From the NCBI RefSeq assembly GCF_009914755.1, contig NC_060932.1: 64,000 nt of DNA. One strand, 5' to 3'. The notes beneath the pieces are model-generated. The model saw nothing but the letters and a program-made list of their open reading frames with translations. It was not told where the DNA came from and ran no database searches. Positions 12,671-24,040 of the stretch are shown here, piece by piece; the stretch's first letter is position 1; the number at the start of each line of letters is the position of its first letter. Origin of the DNA: the human T2T-CHM13v2.0 reference genome, Homo sapiens. The position numbers and the translations under genes are program-made.

Positions 12671-14619
12671 TATTTCACAAATGTACTTCCTTAGACCAAC
12701 TGGTTTCTGATTCCTGAAATGTTTTAGGTAGCAACTATGTTCCCCTTGCTTTTCCCCCCCAGTACATAGAAAAAGCTAATATTATCCATTAGAAGTGAAG
12801 TAATGAAATGTGTCTTTCAGATACTCCGATCAAAAAAACAAATAAACTCCAAGTTACTTCCCTCTGCCAAATGCAGTGTTTTAGAAGGCCTCCTCAACTT
12901 TCCACCAGAAAAGCCACTCTACTATTGAAAACCACCCATACAAAACATCGAAATGAATTATTTGGAAGTGGGATTATCTCCACTAATTTAAGCACCATTA
13001 GAACAACCAAGTCAAAATACACACAAATTATAAAATGAGTCTCTCTCTCTACACACACAGACACACACACACAAATACGTAGTTTACAGACACTGAATTA
13101 ATGTTGGAACCTTGGTGGGGGAGCTCTTAGATATTTCAAAATTGTGGTCTTTCCATTTTAATCTGAGATTCCAATCAGCCCATACCCTTAGTATCTTAGT
13201 GCTACGGCCATGGCTGCAATGTGAGCCCAGTGTCTGTATGCTAGAAATTGTATTAGAAGCTTGAAACTCTGGCTATTACCCAGGCTACAAATCCATGCAT
13301 ATCTTTATTTGAAGGGCACTCAGAGCTTATTAACTTACAGCCAGCTTTTCTTTCTCCATGAACAGTGCATCTTCCCTCATTCATGCTGGACCCCAGGAGC
13401 CTGGCACGTTGTTTATACAAGAGTGTAAATTCCCATTTGGCCAATGCGGAGCTGCCCTTGGAATCTATGTCTCTAGCCACAGTTGTGTTTATCCTTAGTA
13501 TCTGGTTTCAGTTATCTTTTTTGTGCCATTTTGGACTGTGATCTGTTTGTTTCATTTACTAAGTTTTCCATTACAGAATGATGAACAGGGCCACTAAGAG
13601 GTGGCAGAATGGGGCAAGGCTCGGCCTCATTCCTAGCCCTGTGGCACTTAATTACTACACTTTGCTTGCCAATGGTTTCTTGGCATCTAATTTAATTTGG
13701 GGACCTGCCTAAGCATTTAATTGAACTTGGAGAACTCCCTTCAAATATTTATACCATTTTCCCTTTCTCCTCCTGCCACATCATCAATGATTCTGCTCCA
13801 CATTTTAGATCAGATTCACTTGCCTGTTTTCCAAAACACTTGCCCTTTTTCTTTTTCTACTAAATATATTGCCTCACATGCCCAATCCTAATAAGACTGT
13901 ATTTTAAAAAAAAATTTCCCTCCTTTCTTTTTAATTTTTCCTCCCTCATTATAGTAGAATTTTATACTTTCTCTGTCCATAAAGTTTTCCATTACCTCAT
14001 TTTATCCAACTTGTATCTCACCCCTTTGATAATTTTCTTGTATAAAAATAGGCAGCACAGATAAAAGAACATTGGATTTATTATACTCATCACAGTCACA
14101 TAAGCTTCAATATCCTCATCTCTGACCACAACTCTACCTACTCAGTTCTTTTACTCTGTAAGATACATTTAATGTCCTCTTAAATTTCATCACCGTCCAC
14201 ATTTTCTTGACACCCTTAATTCATTTCTTGATCTATCAGTATTCTCCTGGCTTTAAGGCCTTCTGCAACCAGCCTCAACCTCATAGGTCATCATTCTAAC
14301 TAGCCTCTTCCTGGTGCCATCAAGCCCAGACCCGTTTGTACTTTTGTAACTTCTTGATTTAAATCCAAGTGCTGGAACAATCCAACACAATACTGAATGA
14401 AGAAGTAGAAATCAACACACACACCCACACACGGCTTCCAACCCCCTTTGAGATTACAATGCCATTCATCTGTATGTGTTTTTCTTCATCCTTCATCTTT
14501 TCCCCTCTCTTATTTCTCCCACCTACCTTTTCCAGACATTCCTATCTCCTATCATACTTTTAGCTGGGGATTTTATTTGTCAAACTTCAAATCCCTGTGT
14601 TAGCGATTGATGAGTAATG

Positions 14620-15300
14620 ATTTTTATTCACAATACCTGCAAACATTGCCAATCAAATTAATATAATAGACAATCTAAAAATAAACTAAATAATAAATAA
14701 AAGCACTCCAGTTAGTGGGAAAATAGGTTATCTGATCCCTATATCAGAAAAATTGGCTAGCCATTCAGGAAAAACAATTTATACCTGATTAGTTGCACTT
14801 AACAACAATAACAACAAGAGCATAATAGTAGTAATTCCTTTTGAATAAGTGAAATCATGAACTTACTCATAGGTAACAATGCCTACAATATTTATAAACT
14901 GAGTCTAGGGGAAGCTTTTCTAACCATGTCATAAAAACTGGAAACAAAAAAGTGGATAAATTTGAATGCATCCAAATTCTGAATGACAAAATCAGAAAAC
15001 AATAAACAATCAAAATGAAAAAAGACACAATAACGTTATTACAGCATTGTTCATAAAAATGAAAATTTAAAAACAGTTTACATGTTCATCTATATGTCAC
15101 TAATTAATTAAATTACAGTATATGGTATTATAAAATACTATATTGAAATTCAAACAAAATCTATAATATTTAATGGCATGGGAAGATAGCCATACATACC
15201 ATTGTCATTGCAACAAAAGGAGGGTGCAATGCAGTATTATAATATTCAACCAGTGTATGAGTGTGTGTATATGTATGTATGTATAGAGAGTATATACAGT
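14620..15300 (+). mobile_element. Ancient L1ME fragments
   Basis: Degenerate ORF2 and 3' motifs (aaattggctagccattcagg, ttattacagcattgttcata). Confidence 0.55.
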
Positions 15301-16605
15301 GTATGTGAGTTTCTGTAATAGGAGTGTTAAAAGAAACTAGATTGTTGTTTTGAGTTAATATAATATCTCATCCTCCACTTTAACATATTTTATGTGACAG
15401 GCACTATTCTGGGCAATTAAAAATGCCTTTCCCTCCCATTTTCTAGGCCAAAAACAGTTTCAGAAAGTGCGAGCAACATGCTTTACATGAAGTAAATTGG
15501 GCAGTGATTAAGCCAGAACCCAGGAGCCTCACTCTTAGCCCAGTTTGTGCTGCCACGCTACAGCTGATCCTAAGCAGATCACCATTTCAATCCAACCAGT
15601 TATTTTCTATCTCTACTAAGGCAAAGAAGGAAAATAATTAAGATTAATTTACTAGTATAGATCTTATAAAGTATCTTTCCTTCTCTTTTTTTCCTTCTTA
15701 CAATAAAGAAAAAACTGTTAGTGAGATACTATGATAGGTACTAAAGGAAGTACACTTTCCACTGATTTACCTGCAGCCTTGCCAAAGAACTACCACCATG
15801 TCATGGTTCCCAAGGATGACATCTGTTAGTTTAACGTGGGTGCATAAGATGGACTGAGCACAGCCTCGGACATTGGAAACCAGGTAATACCTACCTCAGC
15901 TCTTTGAGAACAGCTATTAAGAAAGATCTTTTCTTCCCCACAACCTGTGATTCAATTTCATGAATCTTTTCTTAGCCCCCTTCCCCCAGAGATAAGTGTG
16001 ATTCATACAAAGGATCTGGATAGAGCAAGGAGAGACATGGTGGGGAGACTGGGGGCGCTGCTGCTCACTTCCAAAGTGGAGGGGAAAAGCAAGATCACTC
16101 ATTTGTCTTTACTCAGGTGACTCCTCTTATTCAGGAAACAGAAAGTCCACTGAGGAGCTTCAGTTCACAGTCAGAAGCTTCATTCAAATAAGTGGAGAAT
16201 TCACACCAAATGTAGAACAGTTGAATTAAATCCAAATATTACAGGCTTTGCAATTACAAGAGTCAAAATAAATCTGCAATGGTGAAGGGGAAAAGGGCTT
16301 AACATTTATTTAAACTCACTGTGTTTTAAGCAACTGGGTGCTTTACAAACGTTTTCTGGCATTTTAATCCTCACAACAGTCTACCTGACCCAAAACCTTT
16401 GCAGGTAAGAAGCCAGCTTGAAATATCAGATAACAAAAAATTATAAAACACAAAATTACCGCACTGTTATTTCATGACTTACTTCTTAAGTGAGTTACAT
16501 AGAAATCCCCTAGCAAAAGCAAGATATCTAGGTCAACCTTCTTATCCCCATGATATTTCATTCTGTTAAGTAATGACACTGATTCTCCTATATCTGATCA
16601 AAGCT

Positions 16606-16611
16606 TTTATT
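16606..16611 (-). terminator. Candidate distal-most poly(A) signal AATAAA
   Basis: tttatt on + strand at the left edge of a repeat-poor, 3' UTR-like block (16600-19150). Confidence 0.3.
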
Positions 16612-19153
16612 TGTGTTTTCTACGCTTCTTCAAATAAAGTAGTGTATAATTTCAAACTAATGTTGATAAATGGGGCTTTTATAGTGTAATTTGGCTAAAC
16701 AATGAATATAAGAAAAAGGTAAATGCAGCAGTTCTATTGCATATGAATTCTGCAAGCATATGAAATCTGCTGTGTTATTTTATAAACTGTGTTTTGGTTT
16801 CAGTGCAGCACACTAGGGCTGCTATGCAGAAGTCATTTCTTTCCACAGTGCATTTTATACTGGAGTAGGCCATTAAAATAACATGCTTACTTTTTAGAGG
16901 ATGTTATTTGGAATAAAAGCAGCTAGCTAATAGGTGAAGTATAAAATATATATAGCCAAGGGTCAAGGTTGAAGTCACCATTGCATCACCTATTTTAATA
17001 AATTATCAGTTGTTAAAAATGTATGCAAGGATCTCCAAAGCCTGTTTTTTCTTCAGATTTGACAATTGGTTTGTGCATATTAAAAAACAACTGTGCTGGA
17101 TAAGTTATCAATACTTGAATTAATATTAGTACTTAAATCATATACCTGTAAATATCAGATGAGTACTGTTATATTAAATATTCAAACAATGTTTCAAACA
17201 TCTAGGATGTTTTCCTTAAAAAACAGAATGTGAAAGACATTCATAATAATAAATTCTGAAAAATGCTATAATATACACACACATACACATATATATCTAA
17301 TTGTTTTTGCTGAACTGTCAGATTAAATGTCCCTATGTTCCTTATTTCTATCTTTTTTCTTTTATTTATTGTGGGATCATCGATAGCTCACCCTATCTCT
17401 ATATAATGAAATATGAATAGATTTCTTGCTGCACTGTTAACTTGGGTCATTTCTTTTAAGAAATTGAGGGACAACATATGCTTGTCTAAGCATGTTATGC
17501 AAATTATTGGCATAAAAGGATTTTTACCATGTAGATAGTGTAAAACATGTCACAGTGACAATTCTTACATTCAGTATTCATTTATCCCAGCAATCAGCAT
17601 GGTTATACAGCTTTCTACATGTAGCCATTTCATATGCATGTTGAAAAGTAAAGCATGTGTATGTGCCTGCAAGATATTGAAATCATAGTCTGAACATTTT
17701 ATCTCTGAGTTGTGGCATGGACTCTGAAATTCTTCCCTGTTTATAAAATCGCATACATGAGATACCCCAGCAAGGTGAGTTTGTTTGAAGCAGAAAAAAA
17801 TGTTAACATGGAAGAAATTTTCCCCTTGCTCATTTTAGACCCAGTCATGTGGTCAGAGGCTGGAATTTATACCAGACATTTTCAGAAACCTTCTGGCAGC
17901 CATATTATTGCTTTTTCAAAAGAGAATCACAATTACCTATGCTCTAGCTATTTTTGAAAAACCGTACTGCTCATGACCCACTATCCCCATTTTAAAAATG
18001 TACTTTACTAAACAAGTTTTATATTATAAAGGAGAAAAATATGATTATCATCTATGCAATCTCCTATCGTGCATTGTCAGATAAGTCTTTAAAAGAAAAG
18101 CCCTATAGCAACCAATCATGTGACTCAGTGAGGTCTCTTTTTTTAAAGAGAATACCATATTTCATCTATGAGGAAGGCAATATAAAAATAGTACTAAAAT
18201 GTCAGTATGACTTTGTGGTCATTTTCAAATGCACAGAGTCCCACATTTGCTGGAATAAGGTCTTGCAGAATCCAGCTTGTCAATTTGAACAATTTTGTGG
18301 GGATGGGACAGATGGACAGCTGTTTCATTTTTTTAAATTCTAGATTTTATTTCTTTACATTAAATGAGTTATTTTTTAATTTGTGAAAAAATAACAGGCT
18401 TATTTTTAAAAGAAAAATCAGTTGTAGACATTGAACTATTTATGAAAGAAAAGTAGTACTAATTACTTGGATTAAAACTTTCTAGCTTATTTTAACTGAA
18501 AATAATATAATTTAATGGCTGTATTCTCTTGATACTGATCATTATTTGTATCATAACTGATAGTGCAACTGTCTTTTCAGTTTTATGGAAACAGACAAAA
18601 GTACAGATTAGGGCATATTTGAATAATCAACTGGGCATCATTATTTCTGTTAATGCATATAGATTCCTCACTTTTTGATCCCAAACATAAACTCCTTTAT
18701 CAGCTGTACACTACAATACAAATTAATCCAAACTAAAATTATTTTTAAAACTATTTTGTTTAGATAAAAAACACGACAAAAAAGAATACCTCTAGTTTAA
18801 AATAAACATTTCTTTCTTCTATCATAATTACTTTCCCATATTATGAAAGAATTAAGATTTATAATGCCCTAACTAAATTGTCCAAAGATTATAAATGACT
18901 TTTCACTCTGCACAAATATTCTGTAATTAGAAAGGGAGGCAAATAGTTAGTAATGAACAAACTGTACTTAATATATAAGAACCAAATATTGAATATAGAT
19001 GCTTAAGTGAAAAAAAAACCCCTACATTTATATCATTTTCTGGGTGGGAATCCCACAGTGTGGCTACAGATAAATAAGCTAAAAGACTCAGGAAAAGTAC
19101 CACACACACACATACAGACAGAGTTTTTATTAGTTAAAACCAAAATGCCTTTA

Positions 19154-19458
19154 TTTATTTACTTATTTATTTTCATTTTTAATTTTTTGAGACGGAGTCT
19201 CACTGTGCTGCCCAGGCTGGAGTGCAGTGGCTCACTTCAACCTCCACCTCGCAGGTTCCAGTGATTCTCCTTCCTCAGCTCCCAGGTAGCTGGGATTACA
19301 GGCACCTGCCACCACGCCTGGCTAATTTTTGTATTTTTAGTAGAGACAGGGTTTCACCATGTTGTTCAGGCTAGTCTCAAACTCTTGACCTCAGGTGATC
19401 CACCTGTCTCGGCCTCCCAAAGTGCTGGGATTACAGGTGTGAGCCACTGCGCCTGGCC
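19154..19458 (-). mobile_element. AluS (Sx/Sz-like), full length
   Basis: Antisense dimeric Alu with 13-bp TSD caaaatgccttta (19141-19153 and 19459-19471). Confidence 0.95.
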
Positions 19459-19884
19459 CAAAATGCCTTTAATAGAATGATCTTTAAATGGAAAAATGGG
19501 CATTAACATATTATGTTATTTGAGATCATTCCAGATAATATAGCTGACCAAAAACTATTTCTATATCCTACTCAGAAATCTGAATTTTTTCTCTTCAATT
19601 AAGTAAAAATCATTTCACTGGTCTGTTTCATACTATGCAGCAATGCTGACATATGACAATTTTATACAGGAAGTACAGTTCTATTTAATGCTTTTAATAG
19701 TTTGAATCTGTTAGTACACCAATGGTTGATTAAAAAGCCTATTTTAATATCTTAATTTTAAACAGGCTACAATGCTTTATAACTCTAAATTTTTAGATTT
19801 CATTTTTAATTTCTTCAAAACTGATAAGCTTCCCTGCCCTTCCCTAAGTTAAAAGTTAATTAAATCTATAATACAACCACACTG

Positions 19885-20433
19885 AAGGGAAAAGGCCAGT
19901 TTTATTTACATAACAGAGCAATAGCAATAACAATGAATGAATAGCACCAAACCAACATCAGTCTTAACACAAAATATTACTCTTGACCTCTTCAATGAGC
20001 AGCCTTTTTTCTAGTAGCCAGAAATAGTATTCAATTTTATATAAAAATTACTAATGAAATGGATCTCACAAATGAATTAATATATTTTTGGAGGTAAATC
20101 AGGGCATTTAATATCACCATCATCAATATTAAATTTTATTTTTCATAAACTAAGGAATCCTCCCTGTTAACCCACAATATGAGCAGTACTCAAATTTTAT
20201 GTATTTTAAATGTCATAAAAATTGCCCACATATTAAGCTCTTAGTATAGGCCAGGAGGAAATTAAGGTACAAGTTATAAAACCTGGGGCATCAAGAGGTT
20301 AAGGGGACAAGATCAGAGAAAGACAAGTGGCAAAACGGAGGTTTTTCAAGCAGTTCCTCTTCCCCCTGTTATGTTCAGACTGGAGGCCTGCCTCGGGCAC
20401 AGTCGGAGGCCGGGTTTGCCTGAAGCGGCTCGC
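19885..20433 (-). other. Putative distal alternative last exon of a minus-strand gene
   Basis: Acceptor gatgctctccttttag|GCGAGCCGC, a locally CpG-rich first ~100 nt, no repeats, and a canonical poly(A) site at its end. Confidence 0.6.
19901..19906 (-). terminator. Poly(A) signal of distal terminal exon
   Basis: Minus strand reads TGTAAATAAA (UGUA fused to AATAAA), followed about 20 nt later by GU-rich GTGTGGTTGT (19882-19873). Confidence 0.6.
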
Positions 20434-20829
20434 CTAAAAGGAGAGCATCACCACTTTATTAATGAAGCTTCCACTGTAGTTGCCTGAGACTAACATCTAC
20501 TCATAGTCTGAGAAATTTTGGAGTGTTTAGATTAGGTGTGCACTGGCTGTAAAATCATGCTACACTTGCAGAGTCAAGCATATGTGTTGGATATTTGGAG
20601 GCAGAGTTAAGGAATTTCTAAGAGAGGCCTTCAGAAAAGTTGAAAGGCAATTCACAAATATTAGTTTCATATTAGTTATATAAAACCTAACCTATGTTCT
20701 TCCCATAGTGAATTTTGAAACAATTTCTTAAGAGCGCTGGTCATTTGTTCACTGTGTCCACTCTCTTCTCATCATTCCCTTTAAATCACATGCACACAAG
20801 ACATCTGCTTGCAGAGTCAAACTTGTCCT

Positions 20830-20912
20830 CTTTCTATCTTCTTTCTTTCTTTCTTTCCTCTTTTCCCTCCGTCCCTCCCTCCCTCCCTCCCCCCCTCCCT
20901 CCCTCCCTCCCT

Positions 20913-20955
<43 letters not shown>
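20830..20955. repeat. Compound (CTTT)n/(CCCT)n/(CT)n tract derived from the AluY tail
   Basis: Nearly pure pyrimidine tract adjoining the antisense Alu; degenerate TSD gtcctctttct/gtgctcattct. Confidence 0.9.
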
Positions 20956-20961
<6 letters not shown>

Positions 20962-21227
20962 GAGACGGAGTCTCGCTCTGTCGCCCAGGCTGGAGTGCAC
21001 TGGAGCCATCTCGGCGCACTGCAAGCTCCGCCTCCCGGCTTCACGCCATTCTCCTGCCTCAGTCTCCCGAGGCGCCCGCCACCACGCCCGGCTAATTTTT
21101 TGTATTTTTAGTAGAGACGGGGTTTCACCGTGTTAGCCAGGATGGTCTCGATCTTCTGACCTCGCGATCCACCCGCCTCGGCCTCCCAAAAGGCCGGGAT
21201 TACAGGCGTGAGCCACCGCGCCTAGCC
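20956..21227 (-). mobile_element. AluY with an internal deletion of about 15 bp
   Basis: Y diagnostics (gcaagctccgcc, ttcacgccattc, accgtgttagccaggatggtctcgatc). The segment tagctgggactacag is missing near 21070. Confidence 0.92.
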
Positions 21228-21835
21228 GTGCTCATTCTTTATACTTCACTTTTTAAAAAGCTTTTTATTTATCTTTTAAATATGTTTGAATTTCCAAATC
21301 TTGAGAAGTCTTCCACTTTGAAATTACTACTCCATTATAATCCTGCTCCTATCATTTGACATTATTTTACAGCTATGCTCCTCAAACAAGCTACCAACTT
21401 CTAGACTCCATTGCTCCCATCACCCATCCCTTACTTTCGTAAACCCCTATAATCTAATTTATGGACCCATCAATGCTCTGAAACTTTTCAATTGAATCAT
21501 TTCCCTAATGGAATTGAGTTTCTTTATTCTGACCCCCATCAAATTCTCTGCTCCACTTAACATAGCTTGTCTACTCATTTTTAGTCTCTAAAATATTGTC
21601 TGTCAATTTTTATCTGTATCTCTCACTAACTGGGTTGCTTTTTCTCTCTACCCACCAACTTAGTGGTTCTCTTTATTGTTTACACTTATTCCTCTACACT
21701 TATCCTCTTGTGAAATGTATACCTTTACATGTTTTAATTATCTTCTCTATACTGATGACTCAAAAACTCTCATTTCCTGAAATTTTACCTCTTACTTTGT
21801 CTCTTGTTTCACTCCCCCAAATTTATTCCAGAGTC

Positions 21836-23850
21836 CATGAATCATTCATTCAAAAAAAAAAAAAAAAAAAAAAAGAACTGGCCAAGCTCCTAGCCATATA
21901 CCAGGCAATCTTATAAGCACTGAAGACAGAGTAGTGATCAAAAAGCCAAAAATTCCTCTCCCTGTAGAGTATGAATGCTATCAAAGGAGAAAGACAATAA
22001 ACATGATTTAAAAAGTAAAATATTTAATATGATGGAAAATGAGCGCTAAAGAAAAAACAAAGCAAAGAAGATGTATGTCAAAATTTGGAGGTGGTCTTAA
22101 AATTTTAAATAGATTATTGAGTACAGACTACAGGGGGCAAGTGTAGAAGTTATGAGACCAATTAAAGTAGTATTGTAATAATCCAGGAGAAAGATGATGG
22201 TAGCCAGGAGAATCATAGCAGCTTCAGTGAAGACACATAGGATTGAATTTTGGATCTATTAAGGTAGACTAGACAAAATTTGTTGATGGACCAGAATGAG
22301 AAAAAGAAATCAAGATTGACACCAAAGTTTTTTACCTAAGTAACTGGAAGAATGTGGTCAAACTTAAGAAATATATGTAAGTGAGCAGGAGAAGCGCACA
22401 TCAATAGCTGAGTTTGAAACGTTTTAAAGTTAGAGTTAAGACACACTAACCCTTTACACAGGAGATAGGCAAATGCACATTGAATAGACAGTTGGATACA
22501 TGACAGTTAGATATATTACACTTTGAAGATAAGAGGAAGATCCTAGTTACAGAATATAAAGTTTGATGTCATAAACATAGAAATGATATTTAAAACCATG
22601 ACAGGGGAATGGTATCACCTTGGGAGTAAAACTTGTCCTTCTTTATTTGGGATGGGACCTTTCTTCCCATTGCAAGTAAAAAGGAAAAAGATGTAAAAAT
22701 TAGAGTTCAGATGAATGAGGAGGAACTGATAAAGTGACTGAGAAGAAGTAGCCAGAAACATCAGAGAAATAATAGACATCAAGAGGAAAATTTGATTCTA
22801 GAAGGGGTAAGGGATTGACTATTTTCAATGTTACAGATACAGCCAATAATATGAGAAATGGCCATTGAAATTAGTGATATGGATGTCTTTGGGATCTAGA
22901 GAAAAGTAATTCCAGTGGAATGTGGGGGAAAAACCTGATTGCAGTAAGAGAGAATGGTAAGATAAATTAGTGACAATGGTCACAAAACTTCTTCAAAAAG
23001 AAATTATGAAAAGAACCAAGAGAGTGAAAGAGAAAACAGATTAAGAAGATATAGTATAACTGTATTAATAGACCTACTTGAAGCTATTGATAATAAATTT
23101 AAAGTGAGACCAATTTCCATGGCTGTGTGTTTTTCTTAGTTTCCCCAAATATCCTGAACTGTACAGGTGCAGTCATATAGCAGAAATATTTACTTATCTA
23201 AAGTTATAGTTTCATTAGAAAAAGATGGTAAAGCAAGAGAGAAGCATGGGAGCTGATGATATATGCAAGGGAAAGCTTATATTTATAATAATTAAATATG
23301 GAATTCATGGTAAATAAAAAGGAAATAAAAGGTATAAGGAGATGAGGGACTGTATGAAGCTGGCAAGGTTGATGCTAATTATGTCTAGGTGGGGTTGAGG
23401 AATGTTCAAGTTAGAATAATAAAGGTTGTGACCCAGAAGGTAGGAGGCCAGAGTGAGAAAGATGCTTCTTTGAAGATGAGATTATGATAGTGTTGTTATT
23501 GAAAACTAAAAGGTCAAGGGACTAAGTATAGAAGAGGGGTGAGGTAGGGAAGGGAACAATATCATTGAAGAGAAGAGGTCAAGAAATTGAGGAGTCAAAG
23601 TGTTGGAAAGTGTATCTGTATGGATATTGGAGTCACTAAGAATTATTTAAAAAGTAATGTTAGAGAGAGTGACAGTGATCCAGGATCTAAAATCTTAAAG
23701 GATTAAATAATAAAGATGTTGTGGTAAAAAGACGACCACTATAAAAAGTGATATTGTATAATCTAATGATATAAAATACAAAATACTGATGGTGAGAGAA
23801 GACGAGAAAATGATTTAGGAGCAGCAATGATTAACGGGAAAGGCACCTAC
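21836..23850 (-). mobile_element. Long L2 fragment, with an A23 run at 21852-21874
   Basis: atcattcattcaa 3' terminus followed by about 2 kb of purine-rich antisense L2. Confidence 0.7.
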
Positions 23851-23859
23851 TGTATTCCA

Positions 23860-24040
23860 AATTTGTTCAGTTGCTCAATAACATTTTAAAGTATTTGCAG
23901 TATGAAAGGTACTAGACTAAAGGTTTAAATGCATAATCTTATTTTTGATTCATAAAATACATTATAATATAGAAATTATTATCTGCATTTTACACTTGGT
24001 CAAACTGAGGTTAAATAATCTGTCCAAGGTTATTCAGGTA
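23860..24040 (-). mobile_element. MIR SINE
   Basis: attattatctgcattttacacttggtcaaactgaggttaaataatctgtccaaggt. Confidence 0.7.

Noticed and set aside
13100-13560. Possible ancient LTR remnant
   Set aside because: The composition is suggestive, but I could not match termini or a family.
20715-21111. Overlapping low-complexity ORFs ([12 protein letters not shown])
   Set aside because: These are translations of the microsatellite and AluY.
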